DNA of 62,900 nucleotides, filler included, from Ministeria vibrans ATCC 50519 (GCA_943704425.1; 3 parts of 3 records of this genome joined end to end with filler, not necessarily neighbours in it), one strand, 5' to 3'; counted from the first letter of the whole stretch, positions 15,359 through 29,181 are shown. Made by a program: numbers and translations. The notes: generated from the letters alone by a model not told the origin.

Positions 15359-15851
15359 TGTTGTCGTTGTCATTGCCAAAGAAGATGCGCAGCTCACGCT
15401 CGGCCGCCTGTGCGTCCGAGCCGTGCGCGGCGTTGCGTGTGTCTGACAGACCGTAAAGGGCCCGCAGCGACGTGGGCGCCGAGTCGAGCGCAGCAACGGG
15501 GCGCGTGGGGCCGAGCAGCGCGCGCCACTTGGCAACGGCGTCGACGCCCCGCAGCTCCAGCGCGATCACTGGGCCACTTTGGATCCAGTCTACGAGACGC
15601 CCATGGAAAAACCGGCCCTGGTGCTCGCCGTACAGCTCGTCCGTCATCTTCTCGCTGACGGTGCACCGCTTGCCGCGCACAATGACGAGGTTCTGTTCGC
15701 GAATTCGTTGCAACACCGCCTGAAAAATAATCAATCAGTTGGTCATGCTGAGCGACACACACACACACACCCCCTCTCCCGCTATGGATACCAGACATCG
15801 GGGTGCATGGGCAACCAGATCGGGCTTGAGTAAAGCCAGTGTGCGTTGCAT
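15309..15851 (-). CDS. NME6: Nucleoside diphosphate kinase, NME6-like, 2 exons
   Basis: MQRTLALLKPD; YGEHQGRFFHGRLV; WRALLGPT; LRALYGLSDTRNAAHGSD. Confidence 0.9.
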
Positions 15852-16332
15852 TTGAAAGAAATTAAGTTTGCTGTTTGATCGAGTTTTGACACAAAGAAAA
15901 AAGAATCTGTCATTCAATTGATCATCAAAATTAAACGAACTAAATTACTAAAAATAATAATAATAATTTCCCCTTCGCTCTCACCATCTCATCACCGCTC
16001 ATCATTCAGCTGAGGCGTTAAGACAGCTACCTACCTGCTCTTTGGCCCTGGTACGTCTCATACTTTAAAAAATCATTATACGAAAAGATAAAAAAAAAAA
16101 ACCACCCCAAAAAATCTGAATTTCCTTTCAATGGTTCCCTCCGCCGCCCACCACGGTGCACCGCCTCGTCGGTTATGTCGCTTTTCCAGGCGCCACGGCC
16201 CCCATTGTCTTGATTTTGTGCTCTGCTTCGCTCTTTGTCACTAACCCATCCCCAAATTAATACTGCAACTGCACCCGTTTTGTTTTTGGCCTTCTCCTGA
16301 CCCGCTCGCGTCCATTTTGCCCTCTTCCAGGC

Positions 16333-19300
16333 ATGAGTAGTGATCAGTGGGACGGGCATGGTCCCAGCAGCGACGGGCCCCAAGGCGACGAAGCGGGCGT
16401 GCAGCAGGGCGCCCCCGTTGAATGTTGTGTCGCGTCGACTCTCCAACGTCGCGCGTCGCTCGAACGGCGCATGCTGCTTCGCCCCGAACGCCGCGAACTG
16501 CTCAACGCGAATATTCTCAGAGAGGAACGAGCGCCGTCGCCGTCGACGGTGCGGGCGCAGACCCAAGACCGCCTCAACCGTCAGTTGAAGCTGCGTCCCG
16601 CTCGCCAAGACCTCGTCAACGTCCACATTTTGCCCGAGGACGAAACTGTTGATGCGTCCACGCACGCCCAACTACAGGCTGTCGATCGCCAGCAGCGGGG
16701 CCAGGCCCTCTCGAAATTCATCCAATCGCGTCCCGAACGAAAAACACTCGTCGACAGCCACATTCTCACAGACTCCTCCGCCTCCCCTGCCCTCCATGCC
16801 AAGCAAGCATCCCTCAGACGTGCTCAAGTCGGCGATTTCCTCAACGAAAAGATCACCACTCGACCCGGTCCGCTCGAATTGCTCGCTGAAAACATCATCC
16901 AGACGGATCCGACGCAGCGTGCGCCAGGGTCGTCTTCCTCCACCGCTCCCACCACCACCACCACGACAACGACGACGGCGACGGCGACGTCGTCGAGCGC
17001 GACCGCCGATGCAGACAATGTTAACTCTAGTGCCAAGCATCCGAGCGAACCACCGCACTTCCCACAGCCCTTTCAGCACGACGAACAGATCGACGTCACC
17101 TCGGACGACCCTCAACTCCAGGAAGCCGGCGACAGCGAGCCCATGGATGTTACCATGACCGATGTCACCATGGTCGATCACACAACGGCAACATTGTCGT
17201 CGTCTCCTCCCCCTCCACCTCCTCCACCCCCTCCTCCTGAGACATTCCAAAAATTCTGGACGCACCCCAACTCAGGCGAGTCCCAATCACCTCAACACCA
17301 AGATCATCATCAACAACAACAACAGCAATCGTTTACATCCGACATGGTACAACAGCAACAATCGTTTGCATCCGACATGGTACAACAGCAACAATCGTTT
17401 GCATCCGACATGGTACAACAGCAACAATCGTTGGCATCCGACATGGTACAACAGCAACAAGAGCAGATTGACTTGCTGCGTCGCCAGGTGGCCGAACTGC
17501 AGGAGAGCCACAAGCAGAAGGAACGCGAGGCGGCGTTGGCGTCGGCTATTGCGGCTGCCGCCACTGCTTCCATGGCCGCGAGTGCCTCTTCGCCAGCACA
17601 ACCCACTCGCAAACAGTCACGCAAGAGCAAAGTACGTCACTCCGAGTACGAGCGACCTGCGTCAAAACATCGTCGATGCCAGAGTAGCAGTGGCTCTCAG
17701 CTCTTTCCACTCAACATGACGCCTGCCATGCGCGCCCTTGCTGCCAGTGGTGGTGTTCGCAGCGCCGTTCCGGCCGCATCGCGTCTCTCCCAACAACAAC
17801 CGCGTCTTCCCCTCCCACCCATGGTCTTTGCACAACACTACCCTCAACTGTTGGCGCAACAAGCAGACTTTTTGCGCTTTCAACAGCTCGTACTCTCACA
17901 GCAACAGCAGCAAAAAGTCGGTCTGGCGCCTATGACAACCACACCTGCAACGATAGCACAGCACAACCCCCGTAGTGCCACTCCCACCAGTCTAGTGTCG
18001 CCCGGGGCGCTGTCTCCTGGCGATGACGCCGTGCTCCGAGGCACCACTCCCAACTCACATGGCTCACCCTCGTCCGAACAATTCAACATGATCTCTCCCC
18101 CACCTCCGCCTCCACCTCCGCCTCCGCCACCCCCGCCGCCATTGCTCCCCGTCGCACCACCTTCCAATACTCTTCCACTTCCTCGCATGCGCCCTCAAGA
18201 GGCGGCGCCGGTCCGCTTGCGCTCCGTGCTCAACGCCGACGTCATGGCCGACATGCGCGTGGCCGACATTCGCATCGAGCTCAAGTCGCGCGGTCTCTCT
18301 ATCAGCGGTCATCGAGCCGACCTCATTGCACGTCTTCTTTCTGTGTTGCCACCGGAAGACCGTCGTCGCACCTCCGAATCGTTGCAGCAGCACCAATTGA
18401 AGTTGCAGTACGAACAGCAACAGGCGGCCATTGCCTACCAGCAGAAGCAGCAGCGTCTCGAGGAGAAGCGTCCCAAGCAGGAGACCATCGAAGCGAGTCC
18501 CATGGACACGTCCATGTTGAGCAGTGGCGCTGGCGCTACTACTACTAGTGGTGGTACTGCAAGTGTGACGGCGGCAGAGCAATACGTGCCGGGACAGACA
18601 CTCCACTCGGTGTCCCCGGCGTCTCTACAGTCGCCACAGCAGCACGTCATTGCGCACTTTGGCGTGGATCAGGCAACGTCGAGTGGTGGTGGTGGTAGTG
18701 GTGGTGCTGGTGCTGGTGGTGGTGGTGGGGGCAGTAGTGGGGGCGGTAGTAGTAGCTCGTCTCGCGGCCGACCGGCGTTGCGCCGTTCCTCGTCACAGCC
18801 CAAAGCCAAGTCGTCCATGACCCGACCTGTCTCGGCGCCTAATCTTGAACGTATGGGTCACTTGGCACAGCAGCAGCAACAGCAACATGAGCAATCGTTA
18901 CGGCCACGACGCACTCCCCGCACTCCCTCAGGCACATCGCCTTCGGCGTCATCGGCCAACGTTGAGCGACCCGACTCAGCGTCGTCGTCGTCCGCAACGG
19001 CGTCTGCCGGTACGGCGACGCAACTCGAGTCCATGTACGATGCACTCATGCGTACTGTGCACAACGGCACGGCTGACCCACTCATCAGTGCTGCCGCTGA
19101 AGCTGCACACGCTGCCTTTCACAAGCGTGTCCGGCTTGCCGGCGAGACCATGACACCCGCTCTGCAGCGCTCCATGGAAAATGCTGTGGTCGACGCTGTG
19201 AATCGCGCGGTACAACAGGTGGGACAGAAGGTGCGCAATGGAATCAGCGAGCGCAAGGGAGTCTCGCCGTCCAGCTCTGCACCCGCCTTTGATGTTAGCG

Positions 19301-19738
19301 ACAAGGCACGCCGCTCGCCCAGCAAAAAGAAGTCATCAGCAACGGCCACGCGTCGTCGCGCCTCCAGCTCGTCCAAGCGACCTCGTCGCGAAATTCTCCC
19401 TCAGCCCACCTTTCAAGTGTACGATCAACAGCAGCAGCAGCAGCAGCAGCAGCTCCACCATCATCATGAACAACACTACCAACAACAGCAACATCAGCAG
19501 CAGCACCAACAGCAACAGCAGCATGACGAGGCTGCCCAGCAGGCGCGTCAGCGGTCGCAATCCGCATCCTTTTTCCAGCCCCCGACCCTCGCCCAACTTG
19601 CCATGGATATGGATCACTTCGAGTCACTGCCCGTTGTCGAGTCCGTCTCACACACTTCTGTTTCCGACGTGCCCACCCTCGACGAGGATGCTCTTCGCGA
19701 TTTTCTCCGCTCCGAAGGTAAAAGCGAAAGGAACTTGA

Positions 19739-19775
<37 letters not shown>

Positions 19776-20169
19776 ATTTTATTATTATGATTATAATTAT
19801 ATAATTATATTTTTTTTGGTAGAATACGATTTGGAAATGGACCCTGAGACAGACCGATGGTCGTTTTCGGCGCCGACACAAGACTTCCACGAGGATGCGC
19901 GAGCGAATGAGGTAGATCCTAATGGGTTATCGTCCTTGTCGCCGTCGTCACCGCCCGCTGCGACTGCCTCAGCACACGAGTCAGACGAGCACCGTGTCCT
20001 CACTCACGAACTGAGTCAGCTGCTGTCGCCCTTTGTCGATGGCGAAACCAAGCACTTTCGTGTGGGCGACGACAGCGACACCCGCGATGCACCCACGACC
20101 ACCACGACCACTCTCGATGAGAATGACATGCGTGACATTGCCGAGTCACTTGACATTCACCTCGCCTAA
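16333..20169 (+). CDS. MRTF: Myocardin-related transcription factor (RPEL repeats, basic region, Q-rich region, SAP domain, acidic C-terminus)
   Basis: RPEL motifs including LNEKITTRPGPLELLAENII; KSKVRHSEYERP basic region; YPQLLAQQADFLRFQQL; SAP domain MRVADIRIELKSRGLSISGHRADLIARL. Intron at ~19717-19822. Confidence 0.85.
17320..17460 (+). repeat. Coding 33-bp tandem repeat x4 (QQQQSFASDMV)
   Basis: CAACAGCAACAATCGTTTGCATCCGACATGGTA-type units inside the MRTF exon. Confidence 0.9.
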
Positions 20170-20505
20170 TTGTTTTGTGTTTGTTTTAGTGATTTCGTCC
20201 TTTCATGTTTGTTGTAACTATTATTCGTATACACCGATTTTTCAGTATTATACTGATAATAAAAATAAAATAATTAATGAAATGTTTACCCAAGGAGGTG
20301 AAAAATAATTCAACAAAGAGAAAATATGTTTAATACAATGAACATAATAAAGAATACAACTTATTAATGATACAGTCACCACGCGAAAATAAGTTTGAAC
20401 AAGACAACAATTAGAACAAGTAGGAAAATGGGATGAGATCTTTGAAGACATATGTAATAAGAGTTTAGCGTCTCTGTAACAATAAACTTTTGCACGAAAA
20501 TGATG

Positions 20506-20536
<31 letters not shown>

Positions 20537-20616
20537 AGGAGTTATTTTTAGATTGGCTATACCGTATTCACTATACTATTTGAATAATTCTTTATTTTAA
20601 TTGTTTTGTGGCAGGA

Positions 20617-22299
20617 ATGAAGTTTGGGCAGTACCTGATTACGGAGCAGGTGCCCGAATGGCGTCTGAAATACGTCCATTACAAGGTTTGGAGTTCAACG
20701 CGATTGTTCAGGACACGCCGCTTACTCTCGCCTCCTGCTGCAGCCTCTCAAGAAGATGATCACTGCCATACGCAAGAATATGTCTGATGACGTTGCGTTG
20801 CGACGCAAAGCTCTTCTGAAATTGGTAGGGAACAAAAAATGATGGATTTGTATGACACCTTGGGCACGGGACACGTACACGGGCACTGGCACGCGCCACG
20901 CCCCTTCTCATGTCGTGTGCATGTCTATATGCTGATGCTACACCACTTCCTCGCCCTGTGACAGCCCGGCATGCCTCGCGAGGGCGATCTGGTGAACCGG
21001 ATTGACTTTTTGGCTGACGGTCGCGCATTCTGGGCGCTCATCGAGGAGGACCGCGCCACGGTGCAGGCCTTCTACGAAGAGAAGCGCGAGGACGCCTTAC
21101 AGTACTTTGCGAAGCTTCAAAAGCAGATTGAAGCGCTGCACGAGACGTTGCAGACAGAGTCGTCCGTTGTGTCTGAGGACGGAGCGCCTGCGTCCACGAC
21201 CGCTCGTCGGCGCAAGACGCCCGCCTCTACCGACGGCTTGGTCGACAGTAAAATGGAGAGTGGCGACACGACGATGTCGCGGGTCTTGGATGCATCGCGT
21301 ACCGTCACGTCTCGCTTTGCGGGCAATTTCTCCATTCGTGACCGTCTCTCCATGAAGTTGGCTGGGAGTGGAACTGCCATCCGCAAACGACTGGATGTGA
21401 ATGCGCAGCGCAAGTTGCGACAGGCCTTCAAGGAGTACTACCGAGCGCTGGGGTTGCTGCAGCAGTACCAACAACTCAACCGCACGGCGTTCAGCAAGAT
21501 TCTCAAAAAGTACGACAAGGTGACATTTAGTCGGACGCGCGAGGACTTTTTGGAGCAAATCAACACAGAATCGTGGGTGACGGACAGGGTCGTCGACGAA
21601 CTGATGGTTCAGGTTGAGGTATAGAGAAAGCGATTCAGGAGGGGGTCTTTCAAGGGAGTATCGGAGTTTCTGATAGGTTGGGTGTGCTCATAGGATATGT
21701 TTACGACGAACCTGACGAAAGGGGACCGCGCACAGGCTATGCGGCACTTGCGACTACCACCAAGCACACAGTCGCACGAGACAAGCGCAATGTTTGTTGG
21801 AGGGTGCATTGCCTTCGGAATTTCGGTGGTTATTCTGGCGTCGGTCCTTGGAGCGACCACGCTCAGCTTCACGTATGATCGGTGGGTGCCCGTCCTCATT
21901 CAGGTAAGGGAGAGAGTAGGGAGGGCTAGTGAACAAATAGAAAGAGAGAGAGTCAGAGTATCATTATTCTCAGTGCCAACTGAGTGAGTCACTCTTGTGT
22001 GCGTTTGTCTGTGTCTGTGTCTCTGATTTTATTCTCTCTTTCTCTCACATTTCGACTGTGTGTACAGTTTCGCGGACTATTCCTGCCTCTGCTGATGACT
22101 GCGTTGATTGGGATCAATGTACAGACGTGGACTCGCACCAGAATCAATTACCGTTTTATATTCGAACTGGACAATCGGTCTCGGACAAACCATTGGAATA
22201 TCTGGGCTTTGGCATTGGGGTTTGTGAGTCTCACTTCACTCTTTCTTGTGTCATATTTACTCGATGGGGTTCTTCAGGGCCAACTGGACGGTACACAAC

Positions 22300-22367
<68 letters not shown>

Positions 22368-22735
22368 CGCTTAATAACACACTCGCCGTGTGTACATGTG
22401 TAGGTTCATGGTTTCCCGTCATGGCTTACATTTTCATTGCTTTTGCCTGGTTCAATCCTTTCCCGCTTCTCTTTCGCTCTTCTCGTTTCTGGCTTGTTCG
22501 CAAATTGGTACAAATGACTCTCATTGTCTTTCTTGACACTGAATTTTCTCTCTTTTCCTCTCTCTCTGTCTTTTTTCTGCGTATGGCGCTAGGGACGGTG
22601 TCTCATTGCACCCTTTGCTGATGTCCGTTTTGCTGATTTCTGGCTGGCCGATCAACTTAACTCGCTTGTGGGTACGATGACCCTTATCCGCAGCAGAAAT
22701 TGCCCTCACACCAACCAACCCCCCCNNNNNNNNNN

Positions 22736-22825
<90 letters not shown>

Positions 22826-23534
22826 GTGTATCTGCAGTGCCTTCGTCGTTACCGTGACACTAAAGCGGCCTTTCCTCATCTGGTCAATGCGGGCAAGTAC
22901 TCGACGACCTTCTTCGTGGTTGCCTTTGGGTCGCTCGATGCCATTTCCAGAGGTTGGTATCTGCGTGTGCACTCAGTACCTCAAACTGACTCTCAAGCTT
23001 TCTACCCTTCTCAGAATCAAACAACCACTGGAATGTGTATACGACTCTGTGGATCATCAGTGCGGTTGTGAGCAGGTGATATCTGTTTCAGAGCTTCCCT
23101 TTTGAGTCTGACACAGTCTCTCTCGTTATCTCACTCGTTGTATAGTTTCTATGCCTTTTTGTGGGACATCTTTATGGACTGGAGTTTGGTTCAGGGCCAT
23201 GCCAAAGTTGCTTTTCTACGTCGCTCAGACATTGTCTATCCCAAAGTAGCCCTTCTTTCAATCAGTATCACACACTTCTTCTGCTTAACACTATATTATA
23301 TCTTCATCAGCTGGTGTATTATTGGGCGATCTTCTCGGACCTAGTGCTGCGCTTTGTCTGGTCGATCAACATTGCTCCCGATGCTCTTGTGGGACTGGGC
23401 ATCCATCGTGAGGTCGTGCGCACTATTCTTGCCGTCTTGGAGACCTTTCGTCGTTTCCAGTGGAACTTTTTCCGCCTTGAAAATGGTACTTTTTTACGCT
23501 CTTCTCCTTTCTTTTCTATCACTTTGCGTGTGTT

Positions 23535-23626
<92 letters not shown>

Positions 23627-23962
23627 AATTACTTAGTTTTTTGCTCTCCGCCACTTGTTTCTCTCCCTTTGTTTCCATCACTTTTGTTTCTTCCTCTTTT
23701 GTTTTTAATCACTTTGTTTCTTTCTCCTCTTCTCTCTCTCTCTCTCTCTGTTTCTCTGCTTGGCTTTCTAAATTTGATGTGTTCTTGCGTAGAACATGTG
23801 AATAACTGCGGACAGTTTCGAGCAGTCAAGGAGATTCCATTGCCATTTATCATCTCTGAAGTGCAGACGCCGGATGCGCTGCAGCGCGCTAATGCGGCCG
23901 TGGAAGACTTCAACGACGAGGATATGGTCGTGGTGGAGATGTCTCCTATTGAGGCGCGATGA
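20617..23962 (+). CDS. XPR1: SPX-EXS phosphate exporter (XPR1/SYG1/PHO1 family); internal exons probably lost at the N gap near 22730
   Basis: MKFGQYL...[12 protein letters not shown]; [15 protein letters not shown]; [10 protein letters not shown]; [15 protein letters not shown]; HLVNAGKYS; WDIFMDW; [26 protein letters not shown]. Confidence 0.93.
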
Positions 23963-24109
23963 CTGCTATCGGGAGGACTTGCGTGAGTCGAGCGTCAGTG
24001 GTGACAAACGCAAACATATGTGTAACAATGAACAGTCAAAATAATGTCAATTATCAATGGAATTATTCAAACTTATTCTTTCTTTTTACCTCCACTCTGG
24101 TGTCTGTGC

Positions 24110-25576
24110 ATGATCCGTCGCGCAGAAGCGCTGCTGGGACTCTCGGCGGGCGAGTCACATCGGGCGGAAGGGCGGCAGTTGCTTCAGGATGTGCAGGGGG
24201 ATGAGGCGACGTCTCTGACGGTCGCAGAGCGTCTCTTTGTGCGAGGGACAGCTCTGTTGGTGACGAGTAGTGCTGAGGCGGAATGTGTTTTGACACAGGT
24301 AGCACTTCTTGGCTGAATAGTGCAGTGCATGAGGAATGAACGAGATCGTGTGTTTTGGCGTATGTTTCAGGCTGTCAAACTTGGGCCGAACTGTGCAGCC
24401 GCATGGAATGCACTTGGGGAGTGTCTAGCGGAGCAGCAGGACTGTGAGCAGGCACGAGTGTGCATTGAGCGGTCCATGGCGTTGGCGGAGAGTGCCGCAG
24501 CTGCGCGCAATCTGTCGGTTGTGTTGCGACAGTTGCCCGAGGCAACCGCAACCACGCGAGAGCACCTGGTCGCCACCAGTGTCGATCTGGCTCGCAAAGC
24601 TGTCTCTTTGAATGTGGCTGATGGTCATTCGTGGCGTACGTATTCTCAAAGCATCGCAACCGCTTCTTACTTCTCGCTGTGTTTCTGTTGTCTCTTTTTG
24701 TAGTCGTGCTTGGCAATGCGCTCATGTCAAAGTTCTTTTGTCCGTCACTGAAGGAGCCCAATGATTTACAGCAGGCTATACGAGCGTATGCTCAAGCGGT
24801 AATAGTTGCAACAGTGCATCTGCCATACCATACCATTACCCATGACACGCTGCGTTCCAGTCAAACAATGTGCAGACGCGCGACGATTCTTCGCTGCGCT
24901 ACAACCGCGCTGTCCTCTACCAATACGAAGAGAATTTTGCCGCTGCCATTGCAGTAAGGGGAAAAGTCCAAATGGATGAAGAAAAGCAACTGCAAATGCA
25001 AATGCAAATTGAACCTGTCAACTGTCACAGGATTTAGAAGTGGCCATACAGAGTGACCCCAGCTGGTCACAGCCGCAACAACTGTTGGCGAGCATTCGCG
25101 CACGACTGAAACTCATTTATCAACTCATCAAGGTGTGCACATGCAAGTGTACCGAGGCTGAGATGGGCATTACTAATCTCATGTAGGACATTGAGGGGGA
25201 AGGAAATGCAAATGGGGTACATGACAAGTGGGAGTGTGAGATACCATTGGAGGTGATAGTGACTGCCGTTGTGCCACCGTCGAGTGAGTCTGCCGCACAG
25301 TCCTTTGTGTGTGAGCACACAGGGACACATCCACGGGGTGTCCTGGTCAGTGTGTACAATGTGGCACAGGGGACGCGTGTGGCAACCAAGGGAGCGCGTC
25401 TGACCATTGGCGTAGTGACGCGCGTCCATTCCATTGAGACTTCCGCTGGCTCACCCGTATGGTGTGCTCGCGTAGAGCAGCCCAGCGCACTGCGGGTTAA
25501 TGGTGTGCCCGTTGATAAACACAGTGTCCTCGCTGGTCCTACTGTTACGGGCGATTACGCACGATCGAGAGAGTGA
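24110..25576 (+). CDS. TTC5: Tetratricopeptide repeat protein 5-like (TPRs plus C-terminal OB fold)
   Basis: AVKLGPNCAAAWNALGE, ARNLSVVLRQL, SVDLARKAVSLNVADGHSW, LGNALMSKFF and RVEQPSALRVNG match the TTC5 pattern. Confidence 0.8.
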
Positions 25577-25704
25577 TAATTGTAATTATTATAAAAATGA
25601 TTAAAAAAAAAAAAAAAATGTAAGAAGTAAAGATAAAAAACAATAATATTATTATAACAAAAAAAAGAAGAAAAAAAATAGAGGGAAAGAAACCAAAAAA
25701 AAAT

Positions 25705-25845
25705 CGTACGAGAGCGGCACAATAACCAACTATGCTATGCGGGCGATGAGTGCCCACAGGGCGATGCTCGGTAGAAACACTATATTGGATTTCTATTTCG
25801 AACGCCCGACCTCCGCTTGACTCGAGGATGCCCGATGGGAACAAA
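25705..25845. ncRNA. Candidate structured ncRNA (H/ACA-like on +, or Pol III-like on -)
   Basis: GC-rich island with several inverted repeats in AT-rich intergenic DNA. No family recognised. Confidence 0.3.
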
Positions 25846-26253
25846 AAGTGCTATATATAATTATTTTAAAAATAGTTATTGCGTTTATCATGCTTTCACA
25901 TCGTTTTAAGGAGGTAGTTGCCATAGACAATCATAGGCACACGCAAAGTTTTACATCCAGCTTGATAATCTTGATTGATTTTGTGAGTTGATAATAAAAT
26001 TCATAAAAGTGATACCAGCAGTCCTTCGGAGACCGCCACCATTGACCATCTGCCGTAATGTACTCAGATGTTGTCTTTCAAAAAGGCGCCTAGTAAACTT
26101 ATATCGGATCACTTTCAAGTGTGTGCTTTTTTTTAAAATAAAAAAACACAAAAAAACACGCACACACAAATGAACACGACCTGTGCTGAACACCATCTCA
26201 TCTCGTCTATAACTAACTGCTATCCCAATTGTATTATCACATTCACAGAAAAT

Positions 26254-27491
26254 TTATGCCTTCTTGCGGAAAGAGCAACCTAAAGAGACAGGGTGAGCCA
26301 TTCTCAACTCACATACTCCTTCTCAATGATCTCCATACCCTCTGTGAGGCGGGCACGGCCACCGGTGGGCTGGCACAGAGCCTGTGCGCACGAGCCGCAG
26401 GTCACAACAGTCTGTGCGTGGGAAAAGAGCGTGCTGATCTGGAAGCAACCAGGGCACTTCACGTCTGCACACACAAAAAGTAAACAAAAGTAAACAAAAG
26501 AACATGGTCAATTGAGAGTTGAACGGCCACCATCACCATCATCACAACCACCACCACCACCACCACCACCACCACCAAGGGGTGGCATGGTCAAACACAA
26601 AAAACACACACACACACGAGAAGGTCCATTATCCAAATCAAACACACCACGACGCAAAACTCAATATCAAAACACATTGACACTGCGACAGCACAAATAC
26701 GTAATCCGACACTACCAAGTCTACCGCCACAACGGGGCACACATCCCTTCTTCAACAACGAAGTATCGAGAAATCTCAATCAAACGACGCTCTTGCTCTT
26801 CCCCCTCCCCCTGCACCACCACCCATCCATACACCACCCATCCATACACACATGGCACCCACTCTCGTACTGTGCATGCCCGCACACACACACACACACA
26901 CACACATTCGCATATTCCGTCTACAGCAAAATCTGAAAAAAAAAAAAAAAAAGAATACTTACCCATGAAGTACGAGTTAGGGCTCTGCACCAGGCGCTTA
27001 AGCTTGTGCTTGCGCTTCTCAGACTCGGCGGTCGGGTGGAGGAGATCCTGAGCGAGCTGCAGAGAGAGAGAGAGAGACAAAAAAAAAAAAAGTCAAAATC
27101 GTGTGTGATGCGAGAGAGAGCACAAAAGGGTAGACGCGACGGCCTCTCGGCGGGAGCAATGCTGCACGGATTGAGGATGGCAAAGAGCAGGGTGCAAAAC
27201 AGGCGCATCTCAACGCCATTGCTCCCTAAAGGCGAAAAAAGAAAAAAAAAATCCAAGCATTGCCGTGCCGAGTCTACACGACATGGGAATAGGCTTGGGC
27301 CGCTGGAGTGAACGACAAGGGTCGCCTGCAGTGGCAAAAGAGGGCCGGCATTGGCGAGGGATTGCGAGAGGGCGCTGGAAAGGTTGTTCGGTAGTGCAAA
27401 AGACGCCACAGCGCTTCATGCTGCCCGTTTGGCGGCTGACGGGACGCGCGCACACCCCACACACGATCAGCACAGTGCAACTTACAGGCAT
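26254..27491 (-). CDS. RPS27: 40S ribosomal protein eS27, 4 exons
   Basis: MP | [31 protein letters not shown] | [43 protein letters not shown] | CSFRKKA*. Confidence 0.95.
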
Positions 27492-27611
27492 GACAGGAAG
27501 AGGCACCAAAAAAAAAGACCGATTCGACTCCTCTTTGATATTTGGCACGTGGCAAACTGATCGGCACAGTCGACGGCACGCCAGAATATTTTCCCCCCGC
27601 TGCCCTCATCC
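27492..27611. promoter_or_regulatory. Probable bidirectional promoter for RPS27 and eIF3f
   Basis: Divergent ATGs only ~120 bp apart. Confidence 0.6.
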
Positions 27612-29135
27612 ATGAGTGATCTGTTTCTGACCGACCGTGGCATTGCGCCAAAGGCACAAATTCATCCGGCTGTACTTTTTTCGTACGACTCATCCGTTTC
27701 ACCAGGCCATTTTCTCGCCTGTACCACACCCACGCATCCTTACTGTTGACCCTTGCCCCCTGAATACGTCCCTATGGAGGAATTCTACGACCGAGGGTCA
27801 ACGCCCTGCCTCGCAAACACCTCTACGAGTCGTGTGGGTGCACTTTGTCTCGCGTCGTTTGTCCCTCTGTCGCACTCTCTTCGCCCCTTCTCCGGTTTGT
27901 CCTCATTCGCTCACTTCGCTGTTTCGCGCAATTGTTTACTCTGTTGCTGTTGCGCATCCTGTAGGCGTGTGGTGCCTGCTATCTACCCACTTGTCGTTTT
28001 ACTTATGCTTTTTTTTCTTCTCTTTTTTTTGATGATTCTACTGTACTAAAATCACCACTGCGTGTTTTACAGAATGGCGGACCATCACCAGCGACGAAAG
28101 AACCTCAAGGGCTACGTACTTGGTGCGTTGATGGGAGGCGTGGCCCCGGACGGCAGCATTGAAGTGCACAGCAGCTGTGCGGTGCCGTTTAAGGAGTCAG
28201 AGGAGCAAATTGACATTGACGGTCAGTTTTTGAGCAAAGCGCTGCGACTGCACCTCATTGTCAATGCTTCCGAGCGTGTCGTGGGCTGGTACACCACCTC
28301 GCCCGACCTTACACCACAGTTGAAGGCTGTTCACAAGGTGATGATTTTTTTGTCTTGTTGTACGTGATAATAATAATAATATATGCACTAAACCGATTTT
28401 TATTTTCTCCATCCTGACAGATATTTGCGCGAAACATTGGGCAGCAACAAACAGCACTGTTGATCCAGATGGATGCACGGACAGGCAACGACGAGGTTCC
28501 CATCAAAGCATTCATCAGCGAACCACTTGGCGTCGGTGAAACCGCCACCACTGTGTTTACGCCTATCGCGACAGCCATGAATCAGTTTGGAGCGGAGCGC
28601 ATTGGTGGTACGACGAGATGATTAATCAAACGTACCATTGACATACACACCACCAACATTACGTGTTTATTGCTGCAGTGCGTATGCTCCAACGTGCGAA
28701 GCACGTCCCCAACAGCACACAGACGGTCATGACTGACATTGAGCACACCGAGTCGGTTCTGGCTCGTCTCGTTGATCTCATCGACTCCACTCAAAAGCAC
28801 GTCAAGGAGGTCTTGGTATGGTCGTTTATTATTATTATTATTATTTTGTACATACTATTCGACTCTTGTTCTCCTGTACACTTTTTTTTTTTTTTTTTGT
28901 AATCTGACTGGGTTCTTTTTCTCTTCCTTCGCTCTCACAGGCGTCCAATGCGCCGTCGGATCCGCAAGTGGGGCGTGCTATTATGAATGCGCTCGCACAA
29001 GTGCCGCAGATGGATAGCAGTGAGTTTGAGCAGCAGTTCCAGGCGAGTCTGCAGGATCTGCTGATGGTCATGTACCTCAGTGAGCTCACCGAGACCCAAC
29101 TTGTGCTCAGCGAGAAAATCAATGCCCTTCTGTAA
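27612..29135 (+). CDS. EIF3F: Translation initiation factor 3 subunit F (MPN domain)
   Basis: IHPAVLF, VLGALMG, VPFKESEEQI, ERVVGWY, AERIGV, SLQDLLMVMYLSELTETQLVLSEKI. Confidence 0.88.
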
Positions 29136-29181
29136 TTTAAATGATACTTCTCTCTTTCTTTTATAAACGAAAACAAAAGGG

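Noticed and set aside
16355-16370. GGCATGGTCCCAGC resembling the start of the HDV ribozyme
   Set aside because: The match is short, lies in MRTF coding sequence, and the rest of the pseudoknot is absent.
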